IMG/VR virus record: IMGVR_UViG_2541047755_000009
Origin: a virus
Lineage: Duplodnaviria > Heunggongvirae > Uroviricota > Caudoviricetes
DNA: 40,602 nucleotides
Strand: one strand, 5' to 3'
The translations under genes and the position numbers were made by a program. The notes beneath the pieces are model-generated. The model was not told the DNA's origin and did not search any database. It saw only the letters and a program-made list of their open reading frames with translations. Position 1 is the first letter of the stretch, and every line of letters begins with the position of its first letter. This document shows, piece after piece, positions 1-8,259 of the stretch.

Positions 1-516
1 ATGAAATTTAAAAAATGTCTTCTGCCTGTGGCAACGTTAGCGTCATTCACTCTGGCAGGATGCCAGTCAAATGCTGATGATCATGCCGCCGATGTTTATC
101 AAACCGATCAACTGAATACCAAACAAGAAACTAAAACCGTTAATATTATTTCCATTCTTCCCGCAAAAGTTGCCGTAGACAACTCCCAAAATAAACGAAA
201 CGCACAAGCCTTCGGCGCGCTTATTGGTGCAGTCGCTGGCGGTGTTATTGGCCACAACGTCGGGTCTGGCAGCAATTCCGGAACGACGGCAGGTGCAGTT
301 GGCGGCGGAGCTGTTGGCGCGGCAGCGGGTTCTATGGTGAATGATAAAACCTTAGTGGAAGGTGTTTCTTTAACGTATAAGGAAGGCACCAAAGTGTATA
401 CCTCCACCCAGGTGGGTAAAGAGTGCCAGTTTACGACAGGTTTAGCCGTTGTTATTACCACGACGTATAACGAAACGCGTATTCAGCCAAATACGAAATG
501 TCCTGAAAAGAGCTAA
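1..516 (+). CDS. lipoprotein with glycine-zipper (SlyB-like) region; probable chromosomal flank
   Basis: ATG at position 1; signal peptide ending in lipobox LAGC; Gly/Ala-rich zipper stretch GALIGAVAGGVIGH; next gene follows 16 nt later. Confidence 0.7.
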   Translation: MKFKKCLLPVATLASFTLAGCQSNADDHAADVYQTDQLNTKQETKTVNIISILPAKVAVDNSQNKRNAQAFGALIGAVAGGVIGHNVGSGSNSGTTAGAVGGGAVGAAAGSMVNDKTLVEGVSLTYKEGTKVYTSTQVGKECQFTTGLAVVITTTYNETRIQPNTKCPEKS

Positions 517-531
517 TGATCAGGAGGAGTC

Positions 532-1071
532 ATGAAGAAAGTTTTTCTTTGCGCCATCTTAGCCTCCTTAAGCTATCCGGCTATCGCCTCATCATTGCAG
601 GATCAACTCTCTGCTGTCGCAGAAGCGGAACAGCAAGGTAAAAATGAAGAGCAAAGGCAGCATGACGAATGGATCGCGGAGCGCAACAGGGAAATCCAGC
701 AAGAGAAGCAACGTCGCGCAAACGCCCAGGCCGCCGCTAACAAAAGAGCGGCAACGGCAGCGGCAAATAAGAAAGCTCGTCAGGATAAACTGGATGCCGA
801 AGCCACTGCGGACAAAAAACGCGATCAAAGTTATGAAGATGAGCTACGCAGCTTAGAGATTCAGAAACAAAAACTGGCGCTGGCGAAAGAAGAAGCCCGC
901 GTTAAGCGCGAAAACGAATTTATCGATCAGGAACTGAAGCACAAAGCTGCGCAAACCGATGTGGTGCAATCTGAAGCTGACGCAAACAGGAATATGACTG
1001 AGGGCGGTCGCGATCTGATGAAAAGCGTGGGCAAAGCAGAAGAGAACAAATCGGACAGCTGGTTTAACTAA
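532..1071 (+). CDS. secreted Lys/Glu/Gln/Ala-rich coiled-coil protein (hypothetical)
   Basis: AGGAGG-type RBS upstream; N-terminal signal peptide; intrinsic terminator downstream. Confidence 0.6.
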   Translation: MKKVFLCAILASLSYPAIASSLQDQLSAVAEAEQQGKNEEQRQHDEWIAERNREIQQEKQRRANAQAAANKRAATAAANKKARQDKLDAEATADKKRDQSYEDELRSLEIQKQKLALAKEEARVKRENEFIDQELKHKAAQTDVVQSEADANRNMTEGGRDLMKSVGKAEENKSDSWFN

Positions 1072-1118
1072 GCGATGTCAGTAACTTCAAGCCTATGATT
1101 CGTGAGTATAATAAATAT

Positions 1119-1142
1119 CCTCCGGCATAGCCGGAGGTTTTT
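1119..1142 (+). terminator. rho-independent terminator of the 532-1071 gene
   Basis: stem CCTCCGGC / GCCGGAGG with loop ATA followed by TTTTT. Confidence 0.7.
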
Positions 1143-1149
1143 CAAATGC

Positions 1150-1862
1150 GCCTATAAGGCTCTCTTACCAGCCGCGCCCTAACAGGCGCACACGATCTGA
1201 CATTTGCATCCAACTTCGTTACTTACGGCCCGTAAACGGGCTGCCCGGATAGGGAATCGATAACTGCTCTCCCATTTTATCCTCTTCAAGCTGGTGCTTT
1301 ATGTAATCCTGTATCTTCGCCGTGTTCTTACCCACTGTATCGACGTAGTACCCTCTGCACCAGAACTCCCTGTTCCTGTATTTGAATTTCAAATCACCAA
1401 ACTGCTCGTAAAGCATCAGACTGCTTTTCCCTTTCAGATATCCCATAAACCCGGATACGCTCATTTTAGGCGGGATCTCCACAAGCATATGGATATGATC
1501 TGCACAGCATTCAGCTTCCAGAATCCGTACGCTTTTCCACTCACACAGCTTTCTCAAAATACTGCCTATTGCTCTACGCTTCTCTCTGTAGAACACCTGT
1601 CTTCGGTATTTTGGCGCAAAAACTATGTGATATTTACAGTTCCATCGGGTGTGCGCTAAGCTCTTTTCGTTCCCCATTGGGACCCCCTTTTGATTTCTTG
1701 TTTGACACTTGCAGTTGCCAGACCGCAAGGTGTTTTAACAAATCAAAAGGGGTTTTAATAACTGGCTCAAAGCTGAAAGCTTTCCGGAACCCCCAGCCTA
1801 GCTGGGGGTTTTCTGTGCACAAAAAACCCTCTGTAGTAACAGAGGGTTTTGTTCATTCATAG
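1150..1862 (-). mobile_element. IS200 (IS200/IS605 family) insertion sequence; ends approximate
   Basis: tnpA with IS200 hallmark; terminator-like hairpin AAAACCCTCTG..CAGAGGGTTTT plus T-run near 1822-1850 on the tnpA strand; RBS-sequestering inverted repeat CCCCTTTTGATTT / AAATCAAAAGGGGG just 5' of the tnpA ATG; about 0.7 kb overall. Confidence 0.7.
1219..1677 (-). CDS. tnpA: IS200 transposase TnpA (Y1/HUH transposase)
   Basis: MGNEKSLAHTRWNCKYHIVFAPKYRR... is the IS200 TnpA N-terminus; HxH motif (HIHML); about 152 aa from the internal ATG at 1677. Confidence 0.9.
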   Translation of the reverse strand: MGNEKSLAHTRWNCKYHIVFAPKYRRQVFYREKRRAIGSILRKLCEWKSVRILEAECCADHIHMLVEIPPKMSVSGFMGYLKGKSSLMLYEQFGDLKFKYRNREFWCRGYYVDTVGKNTAKIQDYIKHQLEEDKMGEQLSIPYPGSPFTGRK

Positions 1863-1999
1863 TGCAGGGTCAAATCATTCCCACTCAATTATTTACGATA
1901 ACCATAACCAATTGAGTGATAACATTTTTCCAAATCTCAATTTTTATCGTACCGTTTTATATACCGTCACCGGAAATCAGTACCATGAAAAATGCCATG

Positions 2000-2482
2000 C
2001 TATCTGGTCAGGGTGTCGTACTGTTTTTCACAGACTCTTCCGGCTTCGGCTGCCCGGTCAGCATACTCTGCCAGTTGTCTGTTTCTCTCGAGAGATTTAC
2101 TGAGCACGTCGGCAAGCAAAACTCCGGTGTCTGCGGCTGACGTCCCAGCGCCGACAATGGCGTTATACTGCCTGAGCTGCTCACGGATGGCAACGAGCTG
2201 TTGCTGCAACCGGCCAGCGCGAGCGGCAGCATCAAGAGCATCATTGCGCGCCTGGTCGATCCTCTGCTGCGCTTCACGTTCATTGATCGCTTTCTCCTGT
2301 TCGTAGTGCTGACGAATTCTCTCATCTTCGGTTTTGCGGTCTTCTTTCGCCTGCGCATACCCGGCGTCGTACTGACGACTGCCGTGTACACTCCAGGCAA
2401 CAACTCCTGATATGACCAGAACAGCAAGCACCGCCATGATAATCAACTGTTTCCGGTATGCTTTTACGAATGCCCAGATCAT
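2000..2482 (-). CDS. Rz: i-spanin Rz
   Basis: N-terminal TM helix then Gln/Ala/Arg-rich coiled coil; ATG overlaps the endolysin stop (ATGA); last gene of lysis cassette. Confidence 0.8.
   Translation of the reverse strand: MIWAFVKAYRKQLIIMAVLAVLVISGVVAWSVHGSRQYDAGYAQAKEDRKTEDERIRQHYEQEKAINEREAQQRIDQARNDALDAAARAGRLQQQLVAIREQLRQYNAIVGAGTSAADTGVLLADVLSKSLERNRQLAEYADRAAEAGRVCEKQYDTLTR
2008..2244 (-). CDS. Rz1: o-spanin Rz1 lipoprotein embedded in the +1 frame of Rz
   Basis: alternate frame inside Rz encodes [13 protein letters not shown] (lipobox LAGC) followed by a Pro/Ser-rich peptide; start codon chosen by eye. Confidence 0.65.
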   Translation of the reverse strand: MMLLMLPLALAGCSNSSLPSVSSSGSITPLSALGRQPQTPEFCLPTCSVNLSRETDNWQSMLTGQPKPEESVKNSTTP

Positions 2483-3108
2483 ACCGCCAGCACCTTACTG
2501 GCATTGATGTATCGCGCGCGCCGGTCGTCGATGCCGTTCCGGCCACCATTGATAATCAGAGTTACACGTGCAATATCGCCGGTATACTTCATGCATCCTT
2601 TGCTGGCAAAGAACCACGCCGCGCTACGAGCCGCGTATTCGTCCTGCGCCAGCAGTTCAGGACTCTCCAGCAGGTCAACCTTAAGACCGTTTCCACAGTC
2701 ACGATAGTTATTCAAACCGGTAACCTGGATAAGCCCGCGCCCACGGTAGTTCCAGCCATCACCAGGGGCATTGTTCCCCATGCGTTTGCTGTACACCAGA
2801 TTGGCAATCGCTCTCTGGCGCTCAAGTGGCAATGGTGGTTCGCCTGCACGTCGCCCCAATGCGTTGGCCTGTCCCTGAGTGAGACGCCCAGCCCGAACAA
2901 AGTTAGCCAGTCCGCTGACGCTGTAGTTGAAATTCTCCTGCAACCGGGTGAAGCCTCCAGACTCATGCCCGACCTGAGCAATAAACATAGCCTGATCTTC
3001 TGGTTTGCTGATACCAAACTCTTTCATCGCAGAAGTTATATGCGAGAACCAGCGTGCGGCCAGTGCCTCGCTGATACCAGCAGCTCGCTGGAATTGTTTA
3101 ATCTCCAT
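2479..3108 (-). CDS. endolysin, glycoside hydrolase family 19 (chitinase-like)
   Basis: GH19 signatures [10 protein letters not shown] and [15 protein letters not shown]; GAGG RBS 8 nt upstream; no N-terminal TM segment so not a SAR endolysin. Confidence 0.85.
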   Translation of the reverse strand: MEIKQFQRAAGISEALAARWFSHITSAMKEFGISKPEDQAMFIAQVGHESGGFTRLQENFNYSVSGLANFVRAGRLTQGQANALGRRAGEPPLPLERQRAIANLVYSKRMGNNAPGDGWNYRGRGLIQVTGLNNYRDCGNGLKVDLLESPELLAQDEYAARSAAWFFASKGCMKYTGDIARVTLIINGGRNGIDDRRARYINASKVLAV

Positions 3109-3406
3109 GTTTAGACCTCGATACTTTGAAAATTTGAACGACGTTACCGCGCGTTTTAATAACCGCAGCTAGCATGACAGCGTTGATAATGACCTCAGAT
3201 AAATCCACAGCCATTGGCGTACGTAACCAGATTGCATAGGCGACACGAACAGGAATACTGGCCGCAGCAACAATCAGGAAATAAGCAAGCCATCCTCCCC
3301 ACCTTCGGTGTTGAGAGCCGTTACGCCGGAATGTGACAACGCGAATTGCTATGCCAGTGCAAATAACTGCATTGGTGATAAGCAAAAAAAACTCATGCGT
3401 TACCAT
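3098..3406 (-). CDS. lysis-cassette membrane protein (holin or antiholin candidate)
   Basis: 102 aa with about 3 hydrophobic helices; GGGGAGAAAAG RBS; overlaps both the upstream gene end and the endolysin start. Confidence 0.6.
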   Translation of the reverse strand: MVTHEFFLLITNAVICTGIAIRVVTFRRNGSQHRRWGGWLAYFLIVAAASIPVRVAYAIWLRTPMAVDLSEVIINAVMLAAVIKTRGNVVQIFKVSRSKHGD

Positions 3407-3797
3407 CGTCTTTTCTCCCCGGAATTAACTCGCGTGGATTATCGGAACGGTGATAGAGCCATATACCAATACGCACAGCGACAATTGCTGACACGAATGC
3501 GCCTGCAGAGAAAACAATCCCTTTTTCAAAAGAGTCCTGCGTGATGGTAGGGATCAGGCTGGCTATGCCGATAAGAATTGATGCTGCTGGTTTGTAAAAG
3601 AGAAGGCCGCAAAGAAAGCTGAGCATCGACAGGAGCACCCGGCGACGGATGGGGTACTCTACTGCAGAGGTAACAAAAATTACCGCTCCAGCCAAAGCAC
3701 CCAAAGCAACCTCAGGAGGAACTCCTGCTATCACCGCCGCCAGAGAACTCATGCTAAGCCACTGATTTAAAGTTTCACTGGTTAGTTGAGCTGACAT
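3393..3797 (-). CDS. multi-TM membrane protein (holin candidate)
   Basis: about 134 aa from ATG at 3797 with GGTGGA RBS (track ORF begins at GTG 3806); about 4 predicted TM helices; immediately upstream of the lysis genes. Confidence 0.55.
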   Translation of the reverse strand: MSAQLTSETLNQWLSMSSLAAVIAGVPPEVALGALAGAVIFVTSAVEYPIRRRVLLSMLSFLCGLLFYKPAASILIGIASLIPTITQDSFEKGIVFSAGAFVSAIVAVRIGIWLYHRSDNPRELIPGRKDDGNA

Positions 3798-3999
3798 GTT
3801 TTCCACCGTTTATATGCATAACAACCTCCTGAACAGTAAAGCATTACGCATAATAAACCATTTATGGTTTTTTGTTACTTTAACATCGTCAATTCCCTGT
3901 TTTTCATGCCGAGAATAAAGCTCACCTTTTACATGACTCTGAAGAAACAAACAGTGAAGAGCAGGTTGAATACCGCACCATTTAATGGCGCGGTAGCAG

Positions 4000-4296
4000 T
4001 CAAATAGAGAAATAAACACAAAAACAAAAAACAACAGGAACAGCAAAATCCAACAGACTTCCCACATCCCACACGCGTGGATCAAAACCTCCCCACCACG
4101 GCATGTTGATACGTTTCCCTTTCCCAAACTTTTCTATCCAGCGATATTCTGCCTGGGTGTGTTCACGCGCAATGAAGAACGTACAACCGGCTATCGCACC
4201 GTAAGCCCAGTTTCCGGTAAAAATACCAACCAGTACCTGAGCCACAAAAGCGCAAAGCGAGTGAAGAAATGGAGTGACATCAATGCTCTTAATCAT
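4000..4296 (-). CDS. small membrane protein translationally coupled to the tailspike (function unknown)
   Basis: ATG overlaps the tailspike stop (tcATGA); GGGGAAG RBS; 98 aa with 2-3 hydrophobic helices; AT-rich. Confidence 0.55.
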   Translation of the reverse strand: MIKSIDVTPFLHSLCAFVAQVLVGIFTGNWAYGAIAGCTFFIAREHTQAEYRWIEKFGKGKRINMPWWGGFDPRVWDVGSLLDFAVPVVFCFCVYFSI

Positions 4297-6482
4297 GAAA
4301 CTTCCCCATTGGTTGAAAATATGGCTCCTCCAACGCCAAGTGTATTTCGTGTTGTGCTCAACCTCAGAGGGCTGGAGTCAGAATTAGAATATCCTGTAGC
4401 AGAAATAAAAGATCCTCCACTAATAGTCAACTGCGGAACATCGGCTATATCTGAATAAGTTCTGTCAGCAACAGTATTATTTATAGCCACATATGATCCA
4501 AAAAAACTTCTTATTGTTTGGTTTTTAACTTTACTTCCTTCAATGGTTATCCTACTACCACAGTCGGCAATAAATCCTGAATCTGCATCCAGCGTTGCAT
4601 TCATAAAAGAAGCTTCAGATCTCTCTACATCAATCCATCTAATATCTTTTGTGGGATTTGCACCAAATACATGACAAATATTAGAGTTAAACCTTACACC
4701 ATCTTGGAGGTGCATTAATTTTTTTATATCTGTACCCCATAGCCTTGGAAAATTAACAGATGCTCCTGCATGGCAATCAAATCCCAGCTCAGCCCCTGAG
4801 ATATCTACAGCCTTTCCTGAAATAACAGCACCAGTGTCTGCATTAACGGCTGTTCCACAATTGCGCATATCATTACCAGCAACATCAACGCAACCCGCAC
4901 CATCAATACGCACACCAAGTGCACATCCATAAAAACCTTTTTCAATATTTGGTTCAAGGACTTTACCACTTGTTTCTGCATCACTTTCTTCAACGTCATG
5001 TCGTCTTGCATCAACATATGCTGTATGAATGCAGGTTAATCCACGATATGAGCAATGTATAGTTTTATGGTCGCGTATATTAACATTTGAACCATCTCTT
5101 ACATTCCATCCTATATAACAATAGCTTGCACTTGACCCCTGAAAATCTGCTTTAACATTATAAATACAATTAACTGACGCAACCGTACTCTCTGTGCACC
5201 GTTCAAACTTGCTTACAGGCATTGATGCCTTGACATTATTTACCAGTTGCAGGGAAGAGTATCTGCTATAAGAAAAATCACATACGTAATACCCTTCTGG
5301 CATATATGCAGCAACACTTTCCTCATCAGGAGCACATCCGGTATGATATGCACTAATTTTTGCACCAAAACTACCATGAATTCCAACGTAGAACTTTCGA
5401 GCACCTGAATACGGATAGAAATTAAGTTCAGCTTTTTGAGTTACAATAAATGCACAAACATCGCTATCATCTCTATTTTCTTCGATCTGAATAGCAAATA
5501 CAGGACTTTTTGCTGCATCGCAAATGTAAAATAAATACTTGTATTCGTAATACGTTCTAACGATTTTAGTAAACAAACGAGTGTCAGAGAAAACCACTGA
5601 GTCTTCTGATGTTATTTTAATCCAAGACAAATCAACACCTGAACTGAATTCAATTTGATAGTTGATAATATGCCCGGTCTTAATTCTTATTTCGCAGAAA
5701 GCATTACCACCATCCCACATAGGTCTCATTGACTGGGCTGCAATGATTGCATCTTTGAGTGTAGGGTAATCACCCCATTCGCCAACAGTAATAACAAAAG
5801 TATAATATGAGTTAAAAACAGCGGCATTTTTGCCTTTGGATATCAACTCCTTAATCATAAAAATATTATCTTCGTAATCACAAGGAGAAATTATATCCCT
5901 CATTTTGCTTTGAAATGTTCGTTGTCTTGCCCCGCTTCCTGACGGTATAAACCAACCAAAACCACCAACAACCCCGGCGATTGCAGCATCGACATAATTA
6001 CGCATTGAGCGATTATTTACAGCGTCCTGCTCAAATGATGGATCTGCAAGGTTAGAAATTTTGTTTTGCTTTGCATCGTAATATTTTGCAAGCAAAGATG
6101 GTTTCATCAATGCACGTCTGAACCACCCAAAACATCGCTGGATCAGCATCGTCAGGTAGTCAAATGCATCTTCATGAACTTCGGGGAAAAATTTTCCCTG
6201 ATTGCGAAGATCAGTCTCCTGCACCACATCAAGCACACGCTCTATCGTAATTCGCCAGCCAGCAGCAAGCGGCGACGGGAGAACCACTTCACCGCCACTA
6301 TAAGTGCCCGCTCCAGTTACCTTATAACCGGTATCCAGAACCAATTCTGTTACGTTCCCGTTCAGGTCAGACACCTGAACAACCAGGTCGGTTTTTTTGA
6401 AAATACGGAAGGTATACGGAAATGATGTCGTAACGCCGTTACCGGTGTATTCGTTGTGGTCAACTTCGGTTGAGACCGTCAT
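4293..6482 (-). CDS. tailspike with epsilon15-gp20-like N-terminal particle-binding domain
   Basis: N-terminus MTVSTEVDHNEYTGNGVTTSFPYTFRIFKK...HEDAFDYLTMLIQ matches the conserved epsilon15-type tailspike head-binding module as I recall it; long Gly/Asn/Ser/Thr-rich C-terminal part typical of beta-helix receptor-binding domains. Confidence 0.8.
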   Translation of the reverse strand: MTVSTEVDHNEYTGNGVTTSFPYTFRIFKKTDLVVQVSDLNGNVTELVLDTGYKVTGAGTYSGGEVVLPSPLAAGWRITIERVLDVVQETDLRNQGKFFPEVHEDAFDYLTMLIQRCFGWFRRALMKPSLLAKYYDAKQNKISNLADPSFEQDAVNNRSMRNYVDAAIAGVVGGFGWFIPSGSGARQRTFQSKMRDIISPCDYEDNIFMIKELISKGKNAAVFNSYYTFVITVGEWGDYPTLKDAIIAAQSMRPMWDGGNAFCEIRIKTGHIINYQIEFSSGVDLSWIKITSEDSVVFSDTRLFTKIVRTYYEYKYLFYICDAAKSPVFAIQIEENRDDSDVCAFIVTQKAELNFYPYSGARKFYVGIHGSFGAKISAYHTGCAPDEESVAAYMPEGYYVCDFSYSRYSSLQLVNNVKASMPVSKFERCTESTVASVNCIYNVKADFQGSSASYCYIGWNVRDGSNVNIRDHKTIHCSYRGLTCIHTAYVDARRHDVEESDAETSGKVLEPNIEKGFYGCALGVRIDGAGCVDVAGNDMRNCGTAVNADTGAVISGKAVDISGAELGFDCHAGASVNFPRLWGTDIKKLMHLQDGVRFNSNICHVFGANPTKDIRWIDVERSEASFMNATLDADSGFIADCGSRITIEGSKVKNQTIRSFFGSYVAINNTVADRTYSDIADVPQLTISGGSFISATGYSNSDSSPLRLSTTRNTLGVGGAIFSTNGEVS

Positions 6483-6585
6483 GTTAAATCTCCAGATAGT
6501 CGCAGCACCCGTTGCGCCGCATATCTGGTTATTCTATTACCTGTAAAACCACATATGGATAGAAAGACTGTAAATACGAATAGAT

Positions 6586-6602
6586 ATTACCTTTCAGGTA
6601 AT
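6586..6602. promoter_or_regulatory. operator-like palindrome ATTACC-TTTCA-GGTAAT (site A)
   Basis: perfect 6+5+6 inverted repeat abutting a TTGCAA -35-like hexamer upstream of the 6678 gene. Confidence 0.55.
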
Positions 6603-6640
6603 TTGCAAAACGTGCTGGATAGCAAACAAATTATTTGATA

Positions 6641-6656
6641 CTGTATAAATATACAG
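6641..6656. promoter_or_regulatory. LexA (SOS) box
   Basis: taCTGTataaatatACAGtt, i.e. CTGT-N8-ACAG with AT-rich spacer, near-perfect to the enterobacterial LexA consensus; about 20 nt upstream of the GGAGAAG RBS / ATG at 6678. Confidence 0.8.
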
Positions 6657-6677
6657 TTATTGCATGGAGAAGATAAG

Positions 6678-6935
6678 ATGCAGCAGTATCACTATCCACT
6701 GGAAGACGGATTTACCGAAAGGATTCACACGCCGGGAGGCGTCAGGTCACTGGTGGAGGGATCGCACTTGATGAAATTACTCCGGGATCTCGATAAGGAT
6801 GGATTTAATGTCGATGGCCCACTTGCCGAACTGACTGCACTGATTAACTACGTCACCAGCTCACAGATGTCTATGCGGGATCTGCAAACACATCTCGACT
6901 ATTGTGCCGAACAATTACGAAAACAAACCAGATAA
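6678..6935 (+). CDS. small antirepressor-like protein (stand-alone copy of the Bro-N protein C-terminal domain)
   Basis: 85 aa; RBS GGAGAAG; about 75 aa align with the C-terminus of the 7249-7935 product (LMKLLRDLDKDGFNVDGPLAELT...RDLQTH versus LLMNLLNQLQEDGHDVSGAAAELT...RDIQTH). Confidence 0.65.
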   Translation: MQQYHYPLEDGFTERIHTPGGVRSLVEGSHLMKLLRDLDKDGFNVDGPLAELTALINYVTSSQMSMRDLQTHLDYCAEQLRKQTR

Positions 6936-6965
6936 GGTTTGCAATTGCCAAGTGGAGTGCTTATA

Positions 6966-6982
6966 TTTACCTTTGCGGTAAA
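6966..6982. promoter_or_regulatory. operator-like palindrome TTTACC-TTTGC-GGTAAA (site I) inside a GGAGTGC / GCACTCC hairpin
   Basis: same half-site family; sits in the 310-nt untranslated gap between the two antirepressor-like genes. Confidence 0.45.
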
Positions 6983-7248
6983 TTTACATCGCACTCCTCT
7001 TGTGCCATAGTAATCGGGCACTGGCAAAATCCAGTGCCGGGATTGGCGTCCCGAGTTACTACAGAGGCACATATGCCGCATAAGCGGTTTTTTTTATGTG
7101 TAAAGCGCACCTATTCTATGGTGGGCTGTGTGGGGGCACCGAAAGGTGCGCCGGGTCCTTTGTAGCCGGTTACGCCAACCCTGCACAGTTCACCACCAAC
7201 CGATTGGCGTCGGTAGTGGTGATTAACCTAACTACAAAGGTGATCACT

Positions 7249-7935
7249 ATGACTGCTAACGTAACCCCATCTGTTTTTCATTTTGAATCAGAAGCAACCA
7301 TTCGAGCCATTGTTATTGATGGAAATCCTTGGTTTGTTGCCAAAGACGTTATTAAAGCTCTTCAACTGACAAACCCCACTATGTCAATAAAATCTCTTGA
7401 TGATGATGAAAGGGCTAAATTTAACTTAGGCCGTCAAGGCGAAACCAATATTATCAACGAGTCAGGCCTCTACACACTGATCCTCCGCTGCCGCGATGCA
7501 GTAACACCAGGCACTATCCCCTACCGCTTTCGCAAATGGGTTACAGGTGAGGTTCTTCCTCAGATCCGCCGCACCGGAAGTTACATTAAAAACTCGCTCC
7601 CGCAGGAAGAACGCATAAAGATGGTTGCCGACCAGGTTGCAAACGCCACAGCATCAGCAGTGATGCAGGCAATGAAGATAGAGAACAAAACCTACAGCGC
7701 CCCACTGAAGCCCGGCTACCGCAGCCTGATTCATTCGCCGTCTGGTGTTCTCGGCCTGACGGAGAACTCACTGCTGATGAATTTGCTGAACCAGTTACAG
7801 GAAGACGGGCATGACGTATCGGGCGCGGCGGCGGAGCTGACTACCATGTTCTGCTACATCGTCGGTGTGAGCAAATGCCTGCGTGATATCCAGACGCACG
7901 CGGAGTACATCAACGACAAGGCAGGGTTCTTCTGA
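7249..7935 (+). CDS. phage antirepressor with Bro-N domain
   Basis: Bro-N signature IRAIVIDGNPWFVAKDVIKALQL; AAGGTGA RBS before ATG 7249; C-terminal domain shared with the 6678 gene. Confidence 0.8.
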   Translation: MTANVTPSVFHFESEATIRAIVIDGNPWFVAKDVIKALQLTNPTMSIKSLDDDERAKFNLGRQGETNIINESGLYTLILRCRDAVTPGTIPYRFRKWVTGEVLPQIRRTGSYIKNSLPQEERIKMVADQVANATASAVMQAMKIENKTYSAPLKPGYRSLIHSPSGVLGLTENSLLMNLLNQLQEDGHDVSGAAAELTTMFCYIVGVSKCLRDIQTHAEYINDKAGFF

Positions 7936-7946
7936 CAGAACGGCGG

Positions 7947-7972
7947 CACAGGGATGTGCCTTTAAATAATTC
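7947..7972 (+). terminator. terminator-like hairpin after the Bro-N gene
   Basis: GGCACA-GGGA-TGTGCC followed by TTTAAATAATT. Confidence 0.45.
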
Positions 7973-8007
7973 TGTACAGATTGCAGACCGGGGGTGAATA
8001 GCGTACT

Positions 8008-8024
8008 ATTACCTTAAAGGTAAA
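8008..8024. promoter_or_regulatory. operator-like palindrome ATTACC-TTAAA-GGTAAA (site B) with promoter-like TTGCAG / TACTAT hexamers
   Basis: sits between a putative -10 and the GAGGAGG RBS of the 8050 gene. Confidence 0.5.
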
Positions 8025-8049
8025 CCATGTGTTTACATGAGGAGGAGAT

Positions 8050-8259
8050 ATGGGATTTTGGTTCGCTCGTACAAAAACGAGGGATAATGCACCCAGCCCT
8101 CAGGCAAAAAATGCAGAAGTTCCGGCGTCAGCGCAGGTTAACAAGCGTGGTGGTGTGTATATCTCATCACAGCAAATTTCTGAGCTTCCTGAGGTTAAGG
8201 AGATGCGTCGTCTCGCTGCTGCAATCGTTAAACAGGATCTTGCCACTGTAAGGAAATAG
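8050..8259 (+). CDS. hypothetical small hydrophilic protein, first gene of accessory cassette
   Basis: strong RBS GAGGAGG then ATG; 69 aa; stop TAG overlaps the GTG start of the next gene (taGTG). Confidence 0.6.
   Translation: MGFWFARTKTRDNAPSPQAKNAEVPASAQVNKRGGVYISSQQISELPEVKEMRRLAAAIVKQDLATVRK

Noticed and set aside
1-1071. Flanking lipoprotein and coiled-coil genes as phage cargo (Bor/Lom-like morons)
   Set aside because: No resemblance to Bor or Lom, they have their own terminator, and they lie outside the IS200 and lysis cassette; more likely chromosomal flank, though not proven
2458-3114. 218-aa plus-strand ORF antisense to the endolysin, and similar long antisense ORFs (16024-16641, 19732-20436, 24107-24844, 27794-28300)
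   Set aside because: They lie wholly inside well-supported genes on the other strand, lack RBSs and have atypical composition; treated as shadow ORFs
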